In this document: piece after piece, positions 24,005-35,310 of the stretch
Position numbering within the stretch: position 1 is the first letter of the stretch
Layout of the letters: every line of letters starts with the position of its first letter
Source of the DNA: Iphione sp. A-MEVVRFRX5
Lineage: Eukaryota
Length of the DNA: 64,000 bases
Reading direction: 5' to 3'
Assembly: GCA_976226885.1 (NCBI GenBank)
Contig: OZ320316.1
Span: forward strand, 56,048,001 to 56,112,000
Notes under the pieces: model-generated
The model's input: only the letters and a program-made list of their open reading frames with translations
Told to the model about the DNA's origin: nothing
Databases searched by the model: none
Translations under genes and position numbers: made by a program

Positions 24005-26140
24005 CCATGAGCACATCCTACTCACAAAATGTCTCTAATGTAAGGAGTATGGATACTGTTAGGTACAGGTTATAACCATATTTCTAACCACAAAAATCCC
24101 GGAGGTAGCTACGGATAGCCCCTAAGGTCATTCAAAGAACACTGGAGGTCATTGTCCTTGACTCTGCAGAGCATCACTCAGAATTCTGGGGAGATTACTC
24201 AAAACGCTGGAGCATATTGCCTGACTCCCCAGAGAACAAGAATCAGTGAGCATCATGCACAGGGACCCTACATCAAGGTTACCGTGGTGACTGGATGGCT
24301 TCCACGTCGCCATCTTCATTTTGTTTAGCCCGTCGTGCACTCGTCATTGTGCCCCCATGTGATGCGCATTATTGATCAGGGCCGTTTTGGAATTCTGTCC
24401 TTTCATGTTGGATTATCGATCTTGATAGAAAATAAAAATAGTTGAAGACGGGTCTACATATGAGTGTCTGGATCTCTTCTCTATATTCTCACCGGACGAA
24501 ATTGTTTGTATTCAGTTGTCAGAATTACATTTACGAAAGCCATCTCGATTTCCATCCACCTGCACCTATCTAAAGTAAAAAAAAAACCATTGGATGCTTA
24601 AGGGGATTTGGCCAGAGAAACTTTATCAAAAATGTATTACCTTTAAGAGACTTCAATGGAAGTAAAGTAACATTTATAATATGATAGAAACTGAGGAGCT
24701 GATTATTCATGCTCCAAGATATCCCTATACTACTCATAAAAACAGACTAGTGAGACACAGCTGCTCTATCGTCCAAGATATCGCTTTTTAAAAATTCTAT
24801 CCCCGTTTAAGCAATTAAGTAACAATCCAGACACACTGACAGTACAGCCGACTACCAGCCTCGTAATCTGAATGTGCTGAAGCTATCCTGGGCTGTGGGT
24901 GTCTACTACTAGAAGCAAAATGTTTACGTTCTAGAGACTTTCAACTGCAAACACCGAGTGTCTAATTTAGAGAGTTTCAGATCCGGTATGTTATGGTATT
25001 TTTTCCCGTTGATAATCTAAAGTAATGACTGATTCTATGAAGACTGTATTTTCAGCTTTTCATGTAAAATATAATTTCTCCGTTGTATGAGTCTTCCTCT
25101 TCTACCCTTATTTTCAACCTTCCTTCCATATCTCTTCGCCATCTCAAAGTACGTAATCTAGTCCAATATTATTATAAAAGTAATCTCATAATACATCCCT
25201 ATCCTGCGGTTTTGTCACCGTCCTGCCTCAGGATATTATTAGAAGTGAAGGCTAATTTCCTTGTTACGGATGACTGCAACTAAGCTGACATCTGCTCGTG
25301 TCGACGCTGATATCTGTACGGTGCGGACGAGATGTGATGGTGAGCAAAGTTCATACTGGTCCTATCAGCTGCGATTTACAGGAGTCAAATGATTTCTTTT
25401 TCTTTTTGCGTTGCTATCTTCTAAGGAAGTGCCGATTATTGATATCAGCAGTTAAAAGCAGACCAATTTTTCTTTTTTTTTTTGGAGTCGACCGAAAGCA
25501 GATTTATGAAGTGAGTTCATTAAGCACACTTCACTTTATGAAACCGCACTTCTATAGATTGATATCCCAAATTAGAACCAATAAACTTCTTGCTAAGCAC
25601 TGACTTTTCTGTACTGTTAATAAAGGTACAAAAGTGACAGAGTGTTCATAAATGTTTGGCCCCGAAATTGCATGTCTATAATACAAATGATAGAAGAGGA
25701 ACATTTATCTAGCTTAAGGATGTAGATGTCTTGCCTGAAAGGTTTATTTTCCACTCTAATCTCAGACTTGCTCATATAGTGGTGCGAGGGAAGGGTCGAT
25801 TGCATTTAGATTAATTCTAGTTTGGAAGCGTATTTATAATAGGATCACACGCTCTCAATTACTTCACTCTACGCAGAACAACCTCGCCTCAGACCATTCA
25901 CTCAAAGATAAGACCATTGCACACTGTACACAGTTTAAGAGGATATGTGCTAGCATCGACCAAGCTACATACATTTGGCTATGGAAGTCGTTGATTCTTT
26001 CAACCACTTCTAATAGACAAACAGAATTCTACATGCCATCATCTTCAGGCATGTACGCTAAAGTCATTGATATTATTAAGTGCAGACTACTTTAAAACCC
26101 TTCATAAAATTAATAAACACCCTTTTGGGGCTTGAATATA

Positions 26141-26640
26141 CAGTCGAAACTCGATTTTCAACCACTCCATTCTCTTTTTGCAAACACCTGAGGTGGGAAC
26201 CAAAATCTTGATATCTATACTGGTAAACTCCTATTTCCAACCAAAACTGCCATTACGACCAGTTGAGCTCGGTCTGGATGGGTGGTCGTAAATAGGGGTT
26301 CCAGTGTATAAAACCTTTTACATATCCATCAGGAAATCTTCGTCCAAAAAAGGCTTTCAAAAAGGCCTACAGGTGATCCTATATTGGATGGGGTTTCACT
26401 CTTCACATATGAAGCGTACCATACCCTTCAAATATAAAATGCCCCGTTTCAACCAAATAAGCCACCTTTTTCTAATCTTCTTTCGAATAAGTAACACCCA
26501 AGCTCGTAGGCTCTAGCGTAATTAGTACATCTATAAGGGTGTCATTATGCATATCTGAACCCTATTCTAGTGGGCGAACCGTCCCAACCCGGCCTCCCAA
26601 CTCCACACACGTTTGCACTAGATATCAAGATTTAGGACAC
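26141..26640. mobile_element. Possible Tc1/pogo-type MITE remnant
   Basis: TA|CAGTCGAAACTCG terminus. Internal inverted match AAATCTTGATATCTA (~26203) / TAGATATCAAGATTT (~26620). Right terminus not found. Confidence 0.3.
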
Positions 26641-27599
26641 GTTTCCCTCTTGTCCATTAGTGGATCAGCAATGCCGTTCTCATATATCAAAAAGGCTTTT
26701 GTATAGGGTAGTTGAGATTAGGAATTGTTCATTCTACTGATAAAATCATTCGTTCTTAAAGAAAGGACTGCATTGGAGATTCTATATGTTTAGGAGATAA
26801 TTCTGAGCAGGTTGAGAGTAGATAGCCTTTTTCTTACTCCTCTACGTTGTTTGTTTGTATATGTATTTTTAATTCATAGTATCACTTTATGGACAAAACG
26901 GTCCTTTACTTTTGATGAATATACGACTCCCTATAGAAATCTGGAAGTGAATCCTTTATAGGCAGAATTAGTTCCGAAGAAATTCAATCGCCCGAAGGCA
27001 AACTAAGCTAGAAGTGCTGAGTGAACCGCTTAAGCTACAAGGCTTTCTTGCATTGTTGATGGCAATATGTCAACGTTAAAAATAAAATAACAGTGGCTAG
27101 GACTCACTATGACGAAGGTTGAAAAGGAACAATTTTCTTAAATATCTATTCTACATTCTTAACATTAATACGGTGTGTCTCATGGTCCTGAAACTGTCAG
27201 TATAACATTGTGCAACAGAGGCGAACCGTGTGGTGATATCTGCTCGGGAAATATTTCTTGAAACCTATACTCGATATCTACAAATGCATTGGAACAGTTA
27301 AACTAAAGGTCCTCTACAGATCCGGAGCTAACAAATTGAAGTCATTTGCAAAATTCTTTTGGGTAAGGTGTGCCTGTTATTGTAACGAAATTCCGACAAT
27401 GCTATTTGAATAACATTATACTGTGTGCTGCCAGTGTGCCCTTTGGGGGTCGGGGTAGGCTCAATAATGGTGTCAGCTGGTTGGCCATCATCCCAAATTT
27501 TTGACACTCAATCGTAAATAGTTCAGTGGATTAATAATCTGCTCAAGAGCTGCTCTGATTGTATTATATGTGCTACGTGGATGTTATCTCGCTATGGGC

Positions 27600-29050
27600 G
27601 GTGTTAAAATAGTCAATTTAAACGTTAGGAAGTTAGAAAAAGCATACATTGTTGCAACACTGCCTGGAGTCCCATGGAGTCTCCATCTGTTGCCTGACGG
27701 AGACGTGGCTTAATAGTAGCCACAGCAACAAGGCATTGGAGATACCGGGCTACTCGCTAATTCTGCAGGACAGGTGGACGTCGGGTAAAAAGCGGGGCAG
27801 CGGAGTTGCAATATATTACCAGAATGATTTCCACCTGGTCAGACATGCCAATGTCTCAAAGGGGGATACTCGGACTGAGATAATGGCATGCACCCTTAAA
27901 CCAAGTATGCGTAGACCGATTACGCAGGTGGTATTTTACCGGCCATCAAATCAAAGCAACTCCGCCTCCTACACTGCTATTGAGCACACGGTGTCGTCCG
28001 TAAACTTCAAGGCCAGAGAAGATCTCCTATTCCTTAGTGATTTCTTCAATTATGACTTCAGCGCATCTGGGAAACATGGCAGTGATGTCGCATCACTATT
28101 TACCCAACCAGACCTTACTCAAGTTGTGTCAGGGAGCACGATGTCGGAGCATGATTCATGGATCACATCTGAGTACAGTCGCTGTACGATCCGGAGGCCA
28201 CGATCCAAGATTGGTTAATCAGTGATCACTGGCCTGTTGTCTTCACCGTAAAGAAAGGTGTGCGCAGATCCAGACAGTCAGCTGTGATGGTGAGAAGATA
28301 GGACATGCTAGATTTGGAGCTATTACATATTTCAAATTGCTGCTTGCTGCTTGTCTGCTTTTCGACAGTATGTCCAGTGTGGTGCAGGATTCTCAGACCT
28401 GAGGGAACTGCCTTTTGGGATCCTAAAAGGATCAGTCATCGGACCACTTGCCTTTAGCATTGCGGTGGATCCCATAGTGAGTTGCCTACCTGTGGAGGCA
28501 ACTGGAACCCTCCACACTGATGATTTCACAGTGTACTGCTCAGCACCTGCGCGCCCTGTCACAAGCAGCCTCATGTGCGGTGAGCCAATGGTGCAAGAGC
28601 CATAGTTTCATTCTCAGTGAGCAAAGTGTCAGTATATGCCGCTTAGGATAGCCAGCAGGTTTGACCTTGACCTATCCATAAATAACACTGTTATTAAGGA
28701 TTCCAATGGCCTAACACCGCTTGGATATTTGGTTGATCCAAAACTAACTTTTAAAAGCAGTGCAAAGCGCTTGAAGTCACTCATGTGGGGAATCGTTGTC
28801 AAGTTGGCTAGAGCCAAAAGGTTATTGCCTGTTCACACCAGGTCTACCCTTGTCAAAGTCCTGGTGTTCGGTCACCTAAATTATCATGCCGCAACACTCT
28901 ATGGGGCAAAGAGTGGTATAGTTAGCTCATGGTATGCCAGAAGCCTAGGCTCAGCAGGAGCACGTGCGTGTAATGAACTACCTGTGTGCCTCAAAGGCAT
29001 GGAAAAGATCTCCTCGATGGCCTTAAAACAATGGTCAAAACAGCACTAGA
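27600..29050 (+). mobile_element. CR1/L2-group LINE ORF2, internally deleted: APE endonuclease joined to RT domains 3-7 and C-terminus
   Basis: VNLNVRKL, CLTETWL, GYSLILQDR, GSGVAIY (ORF 27649..28218). Then GILKGSVIGPL (GVPQGS..GP equivalent), HTDD (YADD equivalent), LGYLVDPKLTF and ARACNELP. Confidence 0.85.
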
Positions 29051-29099
29051 CTTCTAAGGAATGCCCTCTGTGTTGACCTGTTGGCACAAATGGCATCGA

Positions 29100-29640
29100 T
29101 TTGAGTGGGCATTGTTAGATTTGCATACCACAGTCTGCTTTGACAAGACACTGGCAGAACCTTGTGTTTGAGTGTGCCTGCACTAGTAAATCAAAGGTAT
29201 GTCTTTGGTCTTGGATGGCTATCTTCAGGTGTTTACTGGGAATGTGGTGTTGCCATAACGTATCAGCTTGACCTATCACCTTTGCCCTGATGATTGGACT
29301 TTCTGAGGTGAAGACTCCTCCCAGCACAAACCTACATGACACTGCCCCCTGGTAAAAGTCGTATCACCACCCTGATTAGCATTTGTAAATGGTGTCATGT
29401 AATTATTGTGTCTGTGACAACTCCAGAACCTCCTTGGGTAATCCAGGTGAATGTATGTTATGTCCGCACTTGTCTCATTAACTTGACTGCAACTGTCAAG
29501 AAAGGCATCAAGTACTCTAAGAGCAATGAGCTGCGTAAAGCCCATATTTTGCCACTTGTGAAAAAAAGCCTGGTTTTGAATTGTATGCCAATTGAAATTG
29601 TGAACCACACTGCCATGCTACTGTCATGCTGAACTATAAA
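29100..29640 (+). mobile_element. LINE linker plus RT domains 0-2 block, out of normal order
   Basis: F(S)EV..L.PGKS, LINL...KKG, KAHILPLVKK and NY motifs correspond to the segment missing from 27600-29050. Confidence 0.55.
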
Positions 29641-29844
29641 GATACGTCATAAGCTCGCTGATAGCTATCGGTCGTGATAGCCCATGTATTCCTGCTAGAT
29701 AACAAAACTGGTTGTGAACTGTATTATGCCGACTGATCACATAACCAGTCTCTTGTAACCAGAGCTCTGTCTAATTGTGGAATTATGTGTTAATTGTGAC
29801 TTCTGTGTGTATTTAATCTCCTTTTTCTTCAATATTGTGCAATG

Positions 29845-29885
29845 GTAATAAAGGATTCAGATTCAAATTCAAATTCAAATTTATT
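29845..29885. repeat. Abutting retroposon 3' tails: AATAAA + (ATTCA[G/A])n on plus, AATAAA + (TTTGAA)n on minus
   Basis: GTAATAAAGGATTCAGATTCAAATTCAAATTCAAATTTATT has a poly(A) signal on each strand facing the shared repeat. Confidence 0.55.
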
Positions 29886-31249
29886 CGTCCCTGCTTTATG
29901 CAATGCAAGTTTTTGTTAATTCACATTTTGAGCATAATTCCAAAGAAATTCTTATGAGTTCTGTCCAATGCATGATAATATGAAATTGTAATTTTCCTTA
30001 TGTATGGACTTACCTGCACCTCCCGTGATATTTATGATTATACATAATGTAACGTTTAATGGACTTCGAATAGAATCCATATACAAACTGTACTACCTTT
30101 TGGGATCTGGTATGACCTAAAATATGAATGACGTTTGTATTATCAGTGGAGAAGGGTTTATACATAAATTACACCCGCATGACCCCGGGTCATAAAGTCT
30201 TAGAAGTTAGGACTATGGTATAACGTTGAAACGCGAAAGTGAGTTCGGTCATATGCATACCCATGGAATGATTTCTGACTGATAGTATTGTAATTTACAT
30301 CGTATTTGAGAAGCAGCAGTACTTCATTGCCTTTATTGGCATATGTACACTTATTTATCACCAATGCCCACTGAATCGTTGTCTTTAATGTCGTTATACG
30401 AAATCATTAATAATATTATTCTACGACATGTTTACTTCTACTTTGCCTGTATGGATTATGTACTATTTATGATTCAGGCGCACAATGTCCAAGTTATCCA
30501 CCCACATGACTAATTTTTCTCTGTTATCAGTCCTTCCTAGACATAAAATAGGAATACATTAATAACAACCCAACAAGGGGTATGCGCTTTATCACAGACA
30601 AAATCTTACATGCAAATAAGATACTTTTTCAACAGGATGACGGTTGCATGGCAGCATATAGACGTCACAAAGGGGTAACCATGGAGGCTAATAGTACCTA
30701 GGAAACTAACTTGTTGATCTGTGTATATACGTTCATATACTATTTATGCTCCATGTATCTGCTTTCATGCAATGAAATTTTGATGTACAGTAGGTCTATA
30801 TTTTGTAAAATGCCCACTGCATGGACGCAGGACACAGAGGCCATCTGATCCCACTTTCAGGCCGAAACTCGGATGTAATATTGATGCGCCTACAAAACCT
30901 TGGGGGAATTTAGAAGAAAATTCTACAAACGTTCTAGTCAATAGGCTAATTTCTATTCACGCTACCTAAAGGACAGACGAAAGCCAACGCAAGAACCTCG
31001 GCGGATGTGTGTCTCTAGTCACCTTACAGACTAACCTCGCCTGGTAATTTACCGATATTTCTAGGGTATCACCATAAATCCGAAAGGCCAACCAAGTCCT
31101 TCAGGCATAGTAGTATTGTAAGTGTCATGCGCAATGCGTTGCCATGTGACGCCGCCAAGGGATAGGAAAGCACGTTTCCGTTCTATGGGCCATTTTGCGC
31201 TGCCAGCTTTTCAAAACAAAGTTACGCCATCTCTTAACAAGACAATTTC

Positions 31250-31870
31250 CAACAACGTAAGCTTCTATATACAGATTAAGCTTCAAAGAGCATTCTAATT
31301 GTTGTATGGAGAGGCAGAATGTTTTAGGAATACGATTGAATACGAGAGAGCCTTTTCTAAAAGCAGATTTTTCACCTTTCCACGAATACCTTCCTGCACT
31401 CAAGACTTCCTTAAGGACCAATGAGGACATGTCTCCTTTCGGGACTGTATCTAAGATCCTACGAGAATTGAGTATCCAAAGTCAGATTTACCTCTTCCAC
31501 TTGCTGGCAAAGTAGATCCTGAAGACACCTGCACTTCCAGGAGTGAAAATCATCAGATGGAACTTACAATTTTCCAAGAGAAAGATTATCCCACAGACAA
31601 TCAAGACCTTAGTCACCATACTCAGAACAAGTGGCAGAACGTACCAGGGGATCACAGGGAACCACATGGCCCAGATGTGAACACCCAGAAAACATGATCA
31701 TGTCCCAGTACCAAGCAAAGTGTCCAGTCCTACGGAAGGAAAGACAGAAGCTCCTGGAACCCCTAAAAGAGGACCTGCATATAACCAAGACAGACCAGCT
31801 CACACTCTTTATCCTGCAAACCCAAGCAGCAAGAACTCACTCCTATCTTCTAGAAACATCCTCTGTGAAT
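31250..31870 (+). mobile_element. I-group (I/Nimb/Ingi-like) LINE 3' remnant with decayed C-terminal zinc-knuckle region
   Basis: TILRTSG...WPRCEHPENMI....KCPVLRKERQKL resembles RLRTGH...CP.C..PETV.H....CP.....R. Confidence 0.45.
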
Positions 31871-34800
31871 AAATGACCCCGCAGCAGAACCTCAGGGGTA
31901 CAAAATTCCAGAGAATAGGACACTTGTAGGCTGCCCTTCGGATGACCTGCAAACCACAAGCCACCAACCAACCAAAAATGTACTGGAATGATGTCCAGGC
32001 TGTTCTAGGATCCTGTCAAGGAATTCTGTTCTGTTTACATTTCGAGCCAGACAGTAAAGCATAGGCTGTCCTTTGTTGTTCAGATCAAATAGAGTTGTAA
32101 ATCCCCAAACCGGACACCCTGCATTCTTAGCTAAATTGTTTCCATTCAGTAACACTCTCTTTGTAGATTTACTAGTAGCATCTGAAATGGGTGTCTAAGG
32201 ATCAACTGGATGGTTTCAACTCAACTTTTACTCATTAAATCATCACAACTCAGGATTTTATTCTTCAAATTCACTGCAACTCAGGATTTACGAAGGAAGT
32301 CCGGTAGGTAAGGCAGTTACATATCTTGTTTTTATTTTGCAGCTATAGTGTCATTGAGGGCAGTTCAGTGGGACCACCGTTTTAGGTAACACTGTATCAG
32401 AGTTCGGGTCAGCTAATGCATGTCAGTGGGTCTGCTTAAGCTGTTTGTGATAAGAGGTTACCACATTCAGACGTATACTACCATACCAGGAGATGTTTGA
32501 GTATTCAGGGACACCACATAACATCCCCTGATGTGTAAAAGATACTGTGTATCAGTCTGGCTCATCCTGATTGGCTCTGGAGTGGCAATTTTATCTAAAG
32601 GATTCCATTCCTTTTTCTGATTCATTGCACCTGTAGCTGATCATGTGACCATGATCTCCTACATGGAGAAGGACTGTGTATGAATTATAGAGATTTGAAC
32701 TGGGACTTGGAGTTCATCCTTTTTTAACCCAGGCAACTAGTACAATTGGTCCAAAGGAGGTCTTTGTCATTTATTAGCAATTCACTTTTCACATTTATGA
32801 TATTTATTATCTTATTTTATGTTTTGTGTTGTGTTGTTATATATGTGAATGATAAATAGTATATTTATGAGAATATATATTTCTATAGACACCACACCTT
32901 GGTAACTAAAGTATCCAGGTGACGTTTGTGACATCACATTCTTCGTATCTACAGTTATGCATACAGCATTCCAAATGTTTCTTTTTGCTGTTGTAATAAA
33001 GGAGATCTGTGATACCTGTTGCTCAATCCAGCCTTGTGTCTTTGTGTAATATATATGCGAAATATGTAATATATCAAATGTGTTTATTTGTGAATTTTTA
33101 AATGTCAAACATGTTTTTCACATCTAGGGATAACAGGAGATAAGCAGAGACAAGCTGATAACTGGGTCGAACGGCTCTTAACACTTTGTTCGAATTAGTA
33201 AATAAAAAAACTCCTCAAATGTATGACAACTGAAGATTTTACTCTTTCAAATTCCCCACAACTCAAGAGCCAGCTTGACAGTTTGAACCTATCTATTGTG
33301 CTAGATTTTTCAAAGCGATGATATGCATATTTCTATGTGACTATGCCCTCTAACACCTCAGCCACCTTGAAGGTTCGTTTGACAACAGGGTGTCCGCGAA
33401 GGGACATGGAGCAAAAATTGCTGTCCTGACGAAAGATTGCCATGTATGTTTGAGATTAGAGATAGTTATGTGCATTTAATGTAGAATTTGGACCGTTCTG
33501 CACTGAATTATGTGCATTTGGCGCGTCGTCGCATTGTAGATGCGTCCAAGAGAGGATGTCTGGCTGTATCATGTATGCACGTCATCATAATGTCTCCTAC
33601 AGAGTGTTTTACATATTAGCCAGGTTAGAGCGGCCAGTGATCGACAGATGTTACATTTGTCATTATCTATTCAAGTTTAGTACAAGAACCGCGCTATCCC
33701 AACATCAAGCGCGGACCACTCTAGCTTATCAAAAACGAATGATTTCACAGTGGGAGGTCCTGTCACGATTCGTTATCTGTGCAGCCATTGTTGACAACAA
33801 GGCCTCCTCACTAATTGATTTGTAATGATGACCTTTCATTGTCAAGGTATTCAATCGAAGGTTCTGAAAATGAGGATGATTCTCTGAGATACAAAAACAT
33901 ATTTACAGGTCTATAAGCGCTTTATCCTTTCTGGTAGTAGACCCGGTTGTCACAGACATTAATTTCATGTCCTTTCATCATCAATCCTATTGATTGTGGT
34001 GAAAGGCTTGCTACCTCGTCGTCAACAAAAATTGAATCAAGATCTGACGCTCTGTCGCTATCTCTGTCCCCCGATCTCTCTCAATACGTCAGCCGCTTTC
34101 TATTGTTCTGTTGTCGTTTCCCCTTTGTCCCTGTTTTGATATAGTTTAAGTCATGAAGACCGCAGATGCGAAGCAAACCGAAGGAAGCCCATCATTTCTT
34201 TTGAGTTTCGACTTCAGACCTTGTCGGGGTTGGAACTACCAGGCAGGAAGCCTGTAGTTTATGTATAAGGAATGAGAGAAGTAATCTTCTAGATCAATTC
34301 TTTTAAAAGTGTAGTTTTGTGGGTGCATGAATAAACCTGTTCCACAACCAGTCCTGGTTTCAAGTCTGTTTAATTCCTACATAGTTCTTGTGTAAATAGG
34401 GAATCATTGTCATATGACCAAATACAGAAATAGACATAGAACCTTTTAGATGCAAAGTTATCACTTAAAAGTCAGATAGAATGTTGTTAAACAGTCAGCA
34501 TGAACCAGCATGATAAAAAATATCTCCCACACATCAAGGGATTTTGTGTGGTGCCACTGAATTCTTCAAAATCTTCCAATGAGGTAGTATACCTCCGAAC
34601 ACGATAATCTTGGTGATGCAGGTGGTCTCAGTGGTGCCACAGGCCTGCACTCTATGACCCCAGCTGGATACACATATACTGGTGTGCCACTCAGTGATAG
34701 TAAGTGATGTACTCAGTGAACTCTCTACCAGTGGTGGTGGCACAAGAGTGTACCCAACGAACTCTCATTTCCTCTACAGTAGTGTCAATGTTCATTTTCT

Positions 34801-35212
34801 GTTCTTTATCCCTCCTGGTTTATTTTGTGAATCAATCTAGATGAAGGGAAGGCAGGCTAGAATAAATCGGAATGTGCCAGGAAATAATAACGTGTATCTT
34901 GTCATTTCCTTCAGTCGACAGTGTCGAGGGGCCTGCATGAGATTACAGCTGACACGCTCTGAAGGCACTTCTGTTGGAATATAATGGCCGTCTCGTATGA
35001 TATAATGCCAAAAGACACCCAGGTTTGTATAAGAATGGATTTAGAGATTATTCATCATCAAGACAGGGTTAAGTAGAGAGCAGGATGTTTTTCTGTCGCA
35101 AGGGTCATGATTTGATTTCAGACTGGCATCACCTTGGTCAATCTGACAGGTTTTCCTGCTCTTTTCATCTATCATATGCCTTCCCTCTGACCCATCCTCT
35201 CACAGCCGTCTT

Positions 35213-35310
35213 ACCCGAGACGTGAATATGGGCACTCAGAGGTCACGTCATCTCTGTGGCACCGGAAGTCAATTACTATACTGGCGGTATATTTGCGCAT
35301 GTCCGCCAGC
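35213..35310 (-). promoter_or_regulatory. Housekeeping-type promoter motif cluster with a possible first-exon donor
   Basis: TCACGTCA (CRE/ATF-like) at 35243, ACCGGAAGT (ETS) at 35261, TGCGCATGT (NRF1-like) at 35294, and minus-strand GG|GTAAG donor at ~35213. Confidence 0.35.

Noticed and set aside
23543-24075. ORFs running through the first N gap (likewise 62718-63039)
   Set aside because: Their length is an artefact of translating N as X.
34580-34589. let-7-like TGAGGTAGTA
   Set aside because: Only 10 nt match; the remainder differs and there is no pre-miRNA-length hairpin.
34587-34698. Possible plus-strand exon (YTSEHDNLGDAGG...) ending at GTAAGT
   Set aside because: Weak acceptor with no polypyrimidine tract and no recognisable protein similarity.
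19475-34941. Exact 14-mer GGGGCCTGCATGAG at 19475 and 34928
   Set aside because: Several exact 14-mer repeats are expected by chance in 64 kb, and the flanks do not align.
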